Virus record (IMG/VR): IMGVR_UViG_3300045988_148502
Length of the DNA: 64,000 bases
Strand: one strand, 5' to 3'
Source of the DNA: a virus
The position numbers and the translations under genes are program-made. Shown here piece after piece: positions 58,201 through 63,797 of this stretch (position 1 is its first letter; every line of letters begins with the position of its first letter). Below the pieces are notes generated by a model. It saw only the letters and a program-made list of their open reading frames with translations. It had not been told where the DNA came from and searched no databases.

Positions 58201-59451
58201 GTCATCAGCGGTTGTTCCGAGAGCCTTGATAGTCCAGTTGGTGGCATACTGCCCCAAGCCTTTCACGCCGTTGTCCTTCACGTATGTCTTGAAGCCCTGT
58301 TTGGCCATTTGCTCTACCGTTTCTTTGCCAACCACCTTTGTGGCGGCTTTCGTTCCGGCTTTGGAAAGAACATTGATACCTTTGAATCCACCGCCTGTAA
58401 TGCCAAAGTCAAGCATGAATGCAGGCATGTGGCCGGTCATCATACCGGCTCTGTTCCAAAAGCCGGCGTTCCCGCCATACATCTGCTCCGCCTGTCCTTT
58501 GTTGTAGAGTGCGCCCATCATTTCATTGTAGGCTTCACGTTCTCCCTCTGTGGCATTCTCACCTTTCAGGTCATCGGCGTTCATCATGGTCAATGCGTCA
58601 CGCATATCGCTCATGCCGAAATCCCAAGTGCGGAAATCTCCTGCCACACGACCGAAACCACGCCAAAAGCCAACATCGATGCCTTGCTCACGGTCTTTCT
58701 GCTCTTCAAGGTCTTTGATAAGTTCCTCCGTTTGACGAATGGCGACATCCAAGGTACTGTTTTCCTTGTCGCTCATCTGACGAGGAACATAGGTATCTGC
58801 TGCAAGTAAGAATCCAAGAGGAGCTGTATTCTTTTTTGTATCTTCTTCCCATTGCTCATGCACTCTCTTGGCACTTGCCTCTCTTTTCTCTTGCAGCTCT
58901 GCAAGTTTCAGCATTGCACGGCGCAACTGTCCGTTTACAGACATATCAGCCGCCTGTCGGTATCTGAAACTCTCCATGTCGGCAAGTCCCTTGCTGGTGT
59001 ATCGGTTGCCGAGAGGGGTAATGTAGGTTTTCTCCAGTTTTCCGCTCTCCGGGTTGAACTGCATTTTCCCCTCTGCGGTCTGTCCGCCGCCCAACGGTGC
59101 GTTTTCGTGATACTCACGCATGGTTTCCATACGCTCGTTGAAGCCGTCTATCATTTGCTCCGTGCGGCGTTTCATCTGTCCTATATTTGCACTGAAGCGT
59201 ATTTTATCCTGTTCCGTCAACGGCATTTCTTCTGCTGAAGGAGTTACAGGAGTTTCAGGTGTAGAGTCCAGGGCAGATTGTTCGGGCTGTTGTTGCTCCG
59301 ACATGAAAGTCCTGTAGTCTGCCGACTTTACACGATATTTCTTCCCCTCACGCTCCATGATTGTAGAAGCATCGGGAAAGTCTTTCATAAAACTGTCAAT
59401 GTGTTCATCACGCACATTGTATTTCTTTCCGTTGTATTCAAATATTGGCAT
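43276..59451 (-). CDS. giant polyvalent protein (5391 aa): ParB-like, pyrophosphatase-like, N6-adenine methyltransferase, SF2 helicase and HExxH metallopeptidase-like modules plus a C-terminal membrane/poly-Asp region
   Basis: Uninterrupted 16,176-nt ORF. Methyltransferase motifs QQYSTP (51583-51600), VLEPTAGNGM (about 51497-51526) and NPPF (51331-51342). Helicase motifs GDQTGVGKGRQ (about 50255-50300), LFLDESH (about 49806-49840) and QMIGRIDRTGQ (about 48661-48690). HEAVAH at 46654-46671. ParB-like IDASLLQPS...VIQGNNRSDAL at about 55380-55640. Confidence 0.9.
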   Translation of the reverse strand: MPIFEYNGKKYNVRDEHIDSFMKDFPDASTIMEREGKKYRVKSADYRTFMSEQQQPEQSALDSTPETPVTPSAEEMPLTEQDKIRFSANIGQMKRRTEQMIDGFNERMETMREYHENAPLGGGQTAEGKMQFNPESGKLEKTYITPLGNRYTSKGLADMESFRYRQAADMSVNGQLRRAMLKLAELQEKREASAKRVHEQWEEDTKKNTAPLGFLLAADTYVPRQMSDKENSTLDVAIRQTEELIKDLEEQKDREQGIDVGFWRGFGRVAGDFRTWDFGMSDMRDALTMMNADDLKGENATEGEREAYNEMMGALYNKGQAEQMYGGNAGFWNRAGMMTGHMPAFMLDFGITGGGFKGINVLSKAGTKAATKVVGKETVEQMAKQGFKTYVKDNGVKGLGQYATNWTIKALGTTADDLLLRAPLMTNTVQAGKTTADIIDRKLGDVVVDENGNYDFSNDKTWGNAIWQGEANAIVENYSEMFGSHLDPVVTLGNMSKLANVVGAKRIGAVLSKTDAGALDGIMGQTHQLFNKMGVSDYFGEVTEEYYGQLWRTMLNLDDAYQQNPDGTRTNLLATGQFHGDIWGGMALSMGLMGAGKATLSGVQYASMKHGVNKADARATELLGKEIWEPLRATIDLTTNDDIGSVAEGIVNDKDFSDDERAAILTYMERSLMMRGFNLGTLAQKRGGEQDEDVQSMNESYIDGYNLADPQEMTDAKNMRDYQRQRVSAIVDENTLGFLDIHPMNALEEMRNNGLWGESELETVIDYLNAKQVYDGMIQRVRDDIDARVEQSNAMVDARTNRTSGMIQGATMKQDDRRVYVVGGNLVQYADGSGIDNRASDGSIIVRDAETGALEQVSPDAVLNIDEPLNPSDEKMTAEEAIIQQFAQEASDKIDGVVTFNPGDTYTITGDDAQIQVQIVANEDGIVDNGDGTVNVSDGVNIFPLAKETIQQQADAANLARVAQFEQQRTIENAERKQEMQEAERPQYALNDIVSLTDENGVTVRGNITADADADGKYEVFTEAPINGKRVNLFTRDELDNMLLEHNGVAFEHPAENESNNGAENIPENDNNAPQNIPAMQRIPKDEQGNPLYEQADSDTAWDAIVEQTEGDEDMAQTVADGMVADKEEALKKLEKAKSKGGNSIAEKIASEKERKAAIDAAKQDLLAWQKIAGTANRRRMAADAERKRMADEAAALRKAEEEKLRAEREEAERVEREALNGVPDMVDDTPQDARARGYRRVNGHKIDRQEPLQTVQGKEVNVKFSNDVLAPGHVAVIDASLLQPSHIQGVRNPLHFIDEAQPKERNDEASVLSARKIAGNIRPEEITSSITAYTGAPTVNERGEVIQGNNRSDALRLMWESHPEQAEAYRQYLKDHAEEFGLRAEDIAALQSPVLVNMLHVDDATAIPLGQYVAQDTESGGVERIKPKNALQRMGIEVRSFANLLLRASDDEVSFAGLVDANGASVLKWMSQRGFISPTQYKSAFDSKGNLTPESKNDLRGIMYQSIFKDGSTRLEEMFNVLPVKAQKAILATAFRDYDSPNSERMVDEIQNSVRAYYALSQDKMFVEAKNFKEARTAVESWKRQYQMDDVTGESYLPADNFSNFVLHLAAMYKGESQSFIQNTFGKIYDLIQGTQEETLFEQPDNTPRTLVQAIKEALNLDYNGQQRSNVLVGDTATSQRGQQGSNGTLAPRERVENGNGTTDDTGRTESIGGQSEIESSLSQEEMLSSDDTDNQLSAKIARRIEVQEDDWIESGKYGDTYKQTIIVDGTHKVIKVDAPDTKGNYIGSAYEYDGQTFGDLLDVLNYIDASLSLANAVAVAEKETDTTPTEKQKEAGNYKKGHVQVGTFNITIENPKGSVRSGIDTEGNKWETIMQNTYGYIRGTEGVDGDHIDVFLSDDIDGWNGRRVFVVDQYNEDGSFDEHKVMLGFNETDDAEAAYFANYDSDWANNHKTVVTAVNLEDFEKWIDSSHRKTKAFAEYKSVKSVEEQSSGTQVDRLSEIKSRIEELHKEQEAAHVQSDIFEEARIISEINDLFAEQRKLEQSNSNEETTTPTDAAYTITPAQYTTKRGKVLDMHLVEFNNELRDTVRKHTTMFAKQLKGWWDKEKQGFMMRSKEDAERLAEYATDAQSQPPLSLSDLSEVNDGNVQFSEPQQQKATKQEERQEYTPIWQYSVFVDKETGETTLSRDDVSGSIPIGDARFRQTTNSPEEMLDILRNPQNGMQEVLDAVGISLENKIKTRELDRKAKDEIRDKRTDFVVDKEMDNRYSVRTLMKMIDAEKQAVMDLGEKRGGDVYHEGNIIFLTKDSADKFANEVRTLINDMRSEQQQDNSQKKTEASGNRLVTDERYAELRERMRKKLLGQMNIGIDPEILAIGTEMAVYHLEKGSRKFAEYATAMIADLGDAIRPYLKAFYNGARDLPEVAENGLDADMTPYDEVQQFDVANFDKKSIDALATAETVTRETEVEQEAEIAQERIKKSRPARKKNEKKAVNSRNQTGGLFGDLLTENDKADAELHRQFAMTVKADMLAALDNGTKPYRSILDLRKRASELGMEVDNDGRTDILLQELVEDGLVRAAREVIERKGSASRESYDLICKLYEMQPTISARSSNRIKMQQYSTPLPMAWIAGRFAMADKADGSVLEPTAGNGMLVFTIPVGQVHVNELDKTRLDNLREQGFAQVTQQDATEPFDGDVRYDVVIANPPFGKREAVEYDGKKIPGLDPQITLNALSSMKDDGRAAIIIGGNMEYANNGAIKSMKPFFTYLYDHYNVKGVIDMGGGLYAKQGTTFPTRMILIDGRRTNEERAQTAVYPPVENKAIRKAESFDDLYEIINEVLNFNEKTNGTEVLRSQGGRHLSVADNASGETDGAGHNRQSEADDESGSQTERRGRTGLEGNSESGQRPVLGKRGQNDTVGETGRGTDTIGKPSTDGRGLEQRTVGNEPQPVDGVDVQRIGLGLKGKPKKRDLTEEKLPYRPHNTAFRLESVAPAAMVEAMDKVLSQIEAQHGSIDEFVKTELGYDTIAETYQALAAEQMDSVAMAIYQMKQEQALIIGDQTGVGKGRQMAALIRWAVQRGEKPVFITQKADLFSDIYRDLVDVGSGDLVPFIFNSDGAMVDSKGNTVHKPLSSAEMAKVFASGALPEEYDFAVLTYSQVNTGDVVSQQEMEEAAKKSGARTKKSKNVKNGKATPKATFLRAIAKDNYLFLDESHTAAGSSNTGAYLQSILRGAKAATFASATFAKRPDTMPLYAIRTAMSQAKVDPDKMISIIEKGGVTLQEIMSRELTNAGQMVRRERDMSDVVTDWKTITDPETVRRARENYDRTIAAFNAIIKFQEDYVKPMIEALDMELAVMAESAGVKRGTDKMGVENVPFASKTYNYTKQLMLALKVNAIADEVEGEINAGRHPVIALESTMESSIKDYAAGEIIDEPTFSASLLKGLDTVMQYTVKDEDGNERHERYSPQALGPAGEKAYYELQDFIRESTSDIFISPLDAIIERLNKKGYKVGELTGRNMYVERNDDGRVVVKRRTDKDKKKMQREFNSGVLDVLILNKSASTGISLHASEKFSDQRQRSMIIAQPLSDINDYMQMIGRIDRTGQVHRGYYINLGLPVPAENRFLMMLSTKLKSLNANTTTSQDSESNDVEAPDLLNKYGSQVVVEYLRDNVDIYEKMGTPLKKGGLGGGRVQASELEDYKPQEDDARKITGYVALLATKEQEEFYDDVVRRYNELIKYLNDTGSNDLKITVMPLRATTIEKRISSEGIDPDGNNPFARNSFVEKVEMDVLRKPMKADEIRKVIEQINKGVEPNTYLDNVIETIRKEDEVRIAAEDERYEKSKAKAIDDIAKQTEKINGQKKRSDEEKRVAIDNFIAETNEKVEAKHKDNILRLNTNSDQMMRRLRMFEVGKSYLVPDNLESMIFDFATSAIFCGYKTKDSKITASTTLAVFATLDGRRRIEIKLSQIDALRSIDKVTNDNWDAARATTLDNWDSQIPSETRKTGFIMTGNILQAIADTQDEYGGYPGQLISYTDIDGNVHDGILMPDKWNASMLKTSGAPLSSRLQQIKDYTPITSHDGKVEIMGNSWAKMFYLTVPKTKKDGAVYYENKTLLRAAGGNFYPYRGKLRADIPEERIIEVVKELAKLGVKVKDDTTDILQRNGIGAYNDDEVSYENDPVAKLLGQSRRTAKQRREFARRERQRMAERVESLAEKLHLDNVEVVTDASVLDGKKQRAKGFYSKSTGKITIVIPNHTSTFDVEQTLLHEAVAHYGLRQLFGEHFDTFLDNVFNNADENIRRRIVDMAAKNGWDFHKATEEYLASLAEDTEFENINASWWQQIKDFFLNMLHKIGFEDFRGVTLSDNELRYILWRSYENLAEPGRYRNILGEAADVAKQYELKVGNYAVSDPHHQTVAESDDALYRTGDPEIHERELARDRYERRVKSGMFQSQEALQDSMLGLKEAMTAILGKETNIEDVDGFENAYLGENRLSSVNKAEADAFAHTLFKPMLDEVAKLARTEAEREELTDYMMAKHGLERNTYMRNEAINNGATDADQTDYAGLTALTGMDNVADAETEAQIMVNDYEQAHDTTDLWKKVNAASKAILSKSYECGMMSKATFDKISDMYDFYIPLRGFDEKTSSEAYAYLTHKQSAFNAPIKKAEGRRSKADDPFANLQSMAEGAIMQGNRNKLVKQRFLNFALNHPSDLVSVSDIWVEYDTVADEWKPVFPDNIDSTDTPEVVERKMLDFETKMESLAQQYPDRYKHGKDTVNIPYRIVESRDMRQHQIVVKRGGRDYVITINGNPRAAQALNGQTNPDNDMSGAIGAILRAGENINRQLSAFYTTRNPDFIVSNFMRDMLYTNTMTWIRESPNYALRFHRNYMYANPVRIKQLLAKHRKGTLDMSNKTEAMFHQFMMNGGETGYANIRDIEQHKNDIRRELKKSNGKIPVKKAWDLLGGRFDEYNRAVENCARFAAFMTSREMGRSIDRAIYDAKEISVNFNKKGSGAKFYDSTGQTKAGNASALVSGLGRSGYVFWNAAIQGTANFGRQMKRHPAKAFTGIAAMFLLGAIVAYLGGDDDDDDDKNAYYNLPEYVRRSNILFRAGNSWVSIPLPVEYRAVYGMGELMISVLNGKEHLTDGEIAEAITGQATQILPIDFLEGGGGLNAFVPSAYKPLWEAYVAEKSWTGMPLYKDTPYNKDMPEWTKAYKSANKYIVGLANAMNEATGGDPYTKGTIDFNPAKIEYMLNGYFGGVFGTIDKLSKMVETVTGNREYDPRSFLLANRLVKAGDERTEYRAVNNEYFRLKEEHDRLKSRLKHYEEDTDNDIFDYAEKIDFLYNSPEYERYEIFEDYREDIDDLYNELKEAISDEERKDIEAELNELKKEMIEEMNKTRK

Positions 59452-59453
59452 AG

Positions 59454-60635
59454 TTATTTGTTTTTACCGGGTGTATAATCAATCACATCATCATCGCCGC
59501 CACCGGGAACATAGTCCACGACCTCATCATTCAGTTCCGAGGTCATGGTGGCAGGGTCAAGTTTGGAGAGGGAAAGCATGATTGCAGAGGCTTTAGGCGA
59601 TTTGTGCCAATTCTGTTTTACATAGTCCTCTTTCTTCTGTGGTGTATCAAGTTTCTTCATTTGACGGTCAAAAGCCCTTTTCTCTTTCTCATCCTGTGGA
59701 GAGAGGTCGGCAAGCATAGCATCATACACCTGCTGCATCGAACCTTTCCAAACATTCTCGTAAATGGCTACTTGGTTTCCGCCGCCGTCAGAAAAACCGA
59801 GCTGCTTGCCACGTACACCACGTGCGGCTGTCGCTCTCGCTTTATCACGCTCTACAGCCACATTGTCATTATGTCTCTTTACTTGGAAATTGTAGGAACG
59901 GTCTGCCTGACGTTTGTTTTCATCATAGTTTGCTTGCCAACGCCTATCAGCTTCTTTGTCCCGACCTTTCTTGTATTCCTGTTCCGCATCATATCGGTCA
60001 TCTGTAATCTTCTCTCGCTCGTTGCGATGTTGAATGCCCTCATTGTATCTGTCATCATTCTTTTTGTCAAGACCAAGCTGCCTTTGCCACTTACGTTCAC
60101 GGTCATCCCTTTCTTCATCAGCGATTCTTGCCCTCATCAGCCCCTCATAATATTCTTTCTCCTTGCCTTCACGTTCTTTCATCAGCTTGTCATATCTCAC
60201 TTTGGTACGTTCTGACATGGTATTCTTACCGGTATACATATTTGGAGCGTACTGCGTGGTGAAGAACAAGTTAGAGAGTGCCGATATACCATCACCAATG
60301 GCTGCGAATATCTGTTCACGTTTCTGCTTCTTCTTTTCTTTAGCAAGTTCCTCGTCCGTTGGCGGTTTATAGGGATTGAGTTTTTTGTACAATTCAGCGT
60401 ATGAGAGACTGCCACCGTTCACATCGGCTTGTTTGGCCGGAGGTGCAGCGACCGTTTCAGATTGGGAGCCGGTAACGGCAGGAGCCGCAGCTGCTTGTTG
60501 TTCCGTCCATTTCTGTGTACCCTTTACCGGGGATGATACGGAAGGAGCGTCTTGCTGCTGTTCGTGCCATTCCTTAGAGCCTTTGAGCGGAGGCGTACCA
60601 CCTCCGTTTCCTAAAATATCATCCATTGTTGCCAT
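59454..60635 (-). CDS. low-complexity charged protein (393 aa), possible virion/ejection protein
   Basis: ORF track. K/E/R/D/Q-rich. Stop lies 2 nt before the giant gene start. Confidence 0.55.
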   Translation of the reverse strand: MATMDDILGNGGGTPPLKGSKEWHEQQQDAPSVSSPVKGTQKWTEQQAAAAPAVTGSQSETVAAPPAKQADVNGGSLSYAELYKKLNPYKPPTDEELAKEKKKQKREQIFAAIGDGISALSNLFFTTQYAPNMYTGKNTMSERTKVRYDKLMKEREGKEKEYYEGLMRARIADEERDDRERKWQRQLGLDKKNDDRYNEGIQHRNEREKITDDRYDAEQEYKKGRDKEADRRWQANYDENKRQADRSYNFQVKRHNDNVAVERDKARATAARGVRGKQLGFSDGGGNQVAIYENVWKGSMQQVYDAMLADLSPQDEKEKRAFDRQMKKLDTPQKKEDYVKQNWHKSPKASAIMLSLSKLDPATMTSELNDEVVDYVPGGGDDDVIDYTPGKNK

Positions 60636-60646
60636 ATTGAAATAGT

Positions 60647-61126
60647 TTAGAAAGGCATTTGACTTACCGCATTAGTTACTCCTTGTACAGCTCCCGATAT
60701 GGCATTGGCCTTGCCTTGCTCAATGGCGTTAAGCTGTTCCACGAAAGCATTGTCGTTTTGCATATAAGTGGCTTCGATATTGTCCTTACGTGCTTCTGCA
60801 TCAGCGGCAATCTGTGATGTTGCATCGGCAAGAGCCTTGTTGTTCGCTTCTTTGGCCGCTGCCACACTTTCATCAGTACCGCCCATGACGGCTGCACTAC
60901 CGGCAGCGGCTTTGTTACGTTGTTTTATACTCTCTTCAGTTTGCGTAAGGATGCGTTGTGCGTCAGCCCGCTGAGTGGCATCCTCGTTGTACCGCCTGTC
61001 GTACCAGTCCTGATTCTTTTGCCGTTGAGCCTCAACATTACGTTTTGCTTTCTTCATGGCCTTGGATGCCTTGATTCCACCGAAAATGCTGCCTACTGCA
61101 CCTATGGCACTTCCTATTAAACCCAT
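60647..61126 (-). CDS. hypothetical protein with Gly-zipper N-terminus (159 aa)
   Basis: MGLIGSAIGAVGSIFGGIKA followed by an Ala/Gln/Lys-rich helical region. First gene of the long - strand operon. Confidence 0.55.
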   Translation of the reverse strand: MGLIGSAIGAVGSIFGGIKASKAMKKAKRNVEAQRQKNQDWYDRRYNEDATQRADAQRILTQTEESIKQRNKAAAGSAAVMGGTDESVAAAKEANNKALADATSQIAADAEARKDNIEATYMQNDNAFVEQLNAIEQGKANAISGAVQGVTNAVSQMPF

Positions 61127-61223
61127 AAGACTTTAGTTTTTGATTATTAAAAGTTATACCTTGCGTGCGAAAGTAAGCCGTTATCTTCGCATCATCATTT
61201 TATCTTTTTACATACAGATCATT

Positions 61224-61523
61224 ATGGCAATAGGAAAAAAGACCGGAGGGCGGCAAAAAGGTACGCCCAACAAAATAACGGCACTGGCAAAAGGGATGAT
61301 TGAGAAATGGCTTGAAACGCACAACACTATACCCGAAGGAGATGTGATGCCACTAATAATGCAGGACTTCATGGAACTTGACCCCAAAGACAGGGTGAAA
61401 GTGTCGACAGAGTTCATTAAAATCATCATGCCTAAGAATATCAGCATAGACGATGGCGAGGTCAAACTCACCATTGAGGACAAGCTTGCCAAACTTGCCG
61501 GAGAAGAAGACGAGGAAGAATAA
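61224..61523 (+). CDS. small basic-N-terminus / acidic-C-terminus protein, possible DNA-binding protein (99 aa)
   Basis: MAIGKKTGGRQKGTPNKIT (basic, AT-hook-like) ... EEDEEE tail. Adjacent to the palindrome array. The ORF track entry 61140-61523 has an implausible hydrophobic leader. Confidence 0.5.
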   Translation: MAIGKKTGGRQKGTPNKITALAKGMIEKWLETHNTIPEGDVMPLIMQDFMELDPKDRVKVSTEFIKIIMPKNISIDDGEVKLTIEDKLAKLAGEEDEEE

Positions 61524-61654
61524 TCTATTACCCTCTACTTTAGATTGTCTTCATGTGTCAAGGGAACCCCAACCCGAAAAGGGGGCGATTTTACTGATTT
61601 GCTTTGAAGCGATGTTCGAGAGAATGTCGCTTTTTTCATGTCCAGACCGTAAAA

Positions 61655-62066
61655 TTTCTTCTGAAGAAAAGGGTATTTCTTCGGAAGAAATAGCAATAAA
61701 TGTACAATTATATCCCATTTCTTCGGATTTCTTCGGAAGATATTGCCTTAATTGTACAGGAAAGGGGTATTTCTTCGGAAAAAACACGCATAAATGTACA
61801 TTCTTGTACAGATTGAATTTTTTATGCGAAAATCAGCTCAAAAGTACCTCAAAAATCTTCTGAAATGGCTGAAATGAGCTATTTTTTGACATAATTTCAG
61901 AAGATATTACATTTATTTCTTCAGAAGAAATAACCATAAATGTACAGAAAAGGGGTATTTCTTCGGAGGAAACAGCCATAAATGTACATTTCTTCGGAAG
62001 AAAAGGGTATTTCTTCGGAAGAAATAGCAATAAATGTACAATTATATCCCATTTCTTCGGAAGATA
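61655..62066. repeat. array of at least 9 copies of the 15-bp palindrome TTTCTTCNGAAGAAA (and variants), interleaved with 5 copies of ATAAATGTACA
   Basis: Palindromes at 61655-61669, 61676-61690, 61728-61742, 61770-61784, 61916-61930, 61958-61972, 61989-62003, 62010-62024 and 62052-62066. ATAAATGTACA at 61696, 61790, 61936, 61978 and 62030. About 75-bp direct repeat at 61655-61727 and 61989-62060. Confidence 0.9.
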
Positions 62067-62160
62067 TACCATAAAATAAATATATATATCTACTACATCT
62101 ACCGCGCGTGCGTGCGCACGTGAAGAAATTTTCGATTTTAGGGCAAGAATAAAAATTGAA

Positions 62161-62200
62161 TAAAAAAGAAAGCCTACAAAGAAAAATACCTTGCAGGCTT
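62161..62200 (-). terminator. hairpin plus T-tract terminator downstream of the integrase gene
   Basis: AAGCCT..AGGCTT stem (62169-62177 / 62192-62200, one mismatch), followed on the - strand by TTCTTTTTTA. Confidence 0.45.
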
Positions 62201-62228
62201 ATATCATTTCGTGAAGTCACAAAAAAAA

Positions 62229-63710
62229 TCAGAATCCTTTCCCTTTCTGCCGTTGGTACACCACCGTCTGGTCTTTGTCGAGGTTGACGATTTTGAACAT
62301 CACCATTGAACGGTTCGGAATATCATCCGGCAGCATAGTTACGAGCCGGGCAATCACCTCGTCCACATTGTTGAAGCCTACATCGGTCAGTCCCGCCACC
62401 TTTTGCCCGTTGTGGTATGCAGCCGCATTCACCATATAGCGGTATGACAAGCGGAAATGCACATCCTCCTGTTTCTGCTCACGTACAGAAGCCTTACCGG
62501 AGAAGAAAATGAAATCAATTACTTTCTCGTTCAGTTCCCAAGCAGGGGAGAAGTCAATCTTGATATACCCTCGTGTTACGTTGTGTCCATTGCTATGGTT
62601 CATGCCAAACGCCACTTCCGAGATAGAGGCACGTACATCATTCTGAGCTACTGTTCCCCATGTATGCCGGAACGTGTAAGCCGAATACCACTCTTCCTTT
62701 GGCATTCCCATAGCCTTGCATAATTGCCTTATCCCACTGTTGACATTGGCGCAAAAACTGTCCGATGTAGTCATGCGCTGATAGAAATTGAACAAACGCT
62801 CATCATCTTTTGCCGTGTTCATGTACTTTTCAAATAGCGGCTGGATGATTGCTGGCACCCGCATTTCCATATACGCACCATCCGCACGGAACTTCTTCGT
62901 TTTGGCCCGTTGGTAATGGATAATTCCGTTCCGGTAATCCTGCTTTCTTAGATTGTACAGGTCAATCGTGTTGATTCCTGCAAGGCAAAGCACCATCATA
63001 GCAACATCACGCCCGAACTCCGTCTGTGGATATTTCATCTTACTTTCCGGCAGAGGGAATGAAAAGAACTCCCGACATGCTTCGGGGGTAATGGCAAGCT
63101 TCTCCGCACGATCAGCCGTTGGTATTTCCACTTTCACCCATGGGTTGACTTTGATACGGATTATACCGTTATCGTAATCGTTGTACTCCAACATGGCGGC
63201 TTTAAATACCTGACGCATACAGATTGGATACATTTCCTTTGCCCTATGTGTCTGTTCAAGCGACTTTATCCATTTGTTCACCTGCGTAGAGGTCAACTGA
63301 GCGAACATCACTTGGTTGGTTCCGATGAACCGTTCCAGATGTTGTAGGGCAAGCTTGTAGTTCTTGGCATTCCTTTCCTGCCCACGGTCAATCATTCTGT
63401 CGATATGCACTCTCGCATAATCCGAAAAACAAATATCGTCATTGCCGTTCGTAAGAAAATCCACCACTTCCTTGACCGTCCAATGTTCAATGTCTTTTTT
63501 GTTGAGCCGCTCGTTATATTCCACTATCCGCCCGGCACAATACTGAAGCACGTAGGGGTCTTCGATTTCTTTCGCTCTGGAAAGTTCTTTCTTCGTGACC
63601 ATCTTGTCGGTCTTCATGAATTGTGTCCCCCTATGGTGGGTAACTCTGATATAAACCGGATAAAATCCGTCCTTGCGTTCTTTTTGAACACACGCTTTAA
63701 ATGTTGCCAT
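62229..63710 (-). CDS. tyrosine site-specific integrase (493 aa)
   Basis: Bacteroides-type integrase N-terminus (MATFKACVQKERKDGFYPVYIRVTHH...). Catalytic region ...YTFRHTWGT... and ...GHNVTRGYIK (candidate Tyr). About 90 aa lie beyond the candidate Tyr. Confidence 0.9.
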   Translation of the reverse strand: MATFKACVQKERKDGFYPVYIRVTHHRGTQFMKTDKMVTKKELSRAKEIEDPYVLQYCAGRIVEYNERLNKKDIEHWTVKEVVDFLTNGNDDICFSDYARVHIDRMIDRGQERNAKNYKLALQHLERFIGTNQVMFAQLTSTQVNKWIKSLEQTHRAKEMYPICMRQVFKAAMLEYNDYDNGIIRIKVNPWVKVEIPTADRAEKLAITPEACREFFSFPLPESKMKYPQTEFGRDVAMMVLCLAGINTIDLYNLRKQDYRNGIIHYQRAKTKKFRADGAYMEMRVPAIIQPLFEKYMNTAKDDERLFNFYQRMTTSDSFCANVNSGIRQLCKAMGMPKEEWYSAYTFRHTWGTVAQNDVRASISEVAFGMNHSNGHNVTRGYIKIDFSPAWELNEKVIDFIFFSGKASVREQKQEDVHFRLSYRYMVNAAAYHNGQKVAGLTDVGFNNVDEVIARLVTMLPDDIPNRSMVMFKIVNLDKDQTVVYQRQKGKGF

Positions 63711-63797
63711 ATCGTTCTATGTCTTTATTATATTATTATTTAAATTTATTCCAAACAGCTTCCAATGTCTTAACTTTCTGTCATATCATCAATTACG

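Noticed and set aside
26064-59451. Possibility of stop-codon recoding, as in some gut phages that carry suppressor tRNAs, given the odd tRNA-like element
   Set aside because: The 2645-aa and 5391-aa ORFs and all other late genes are uninterrupted in the standard code. The tRNA-like element also has no identifiable anticodon complementary to a stop codon.
61655-62066. Possibility that the repeat array is a CRISPR array
   Set aside because: The repeats are only 15 bp, are perfectly palindromic, are irregularly spaced (6-130 bp) and are interleaved with a second repeat family. There are no uniform spacers and no cas genes.
61551-62220. Three - strand ORFs (61551-61787, 61833-62072, 61921-62220) and the + ORF 61453-61863, with repeated ...ISSEEIPFSSEE... 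peptides
   Set aside because: The peptide repeats are direct translations of the TTTCTTCNGAAGAAA palindromes. The frames overlap each other and have no start context. The region is treated as a non-coding repeat array.
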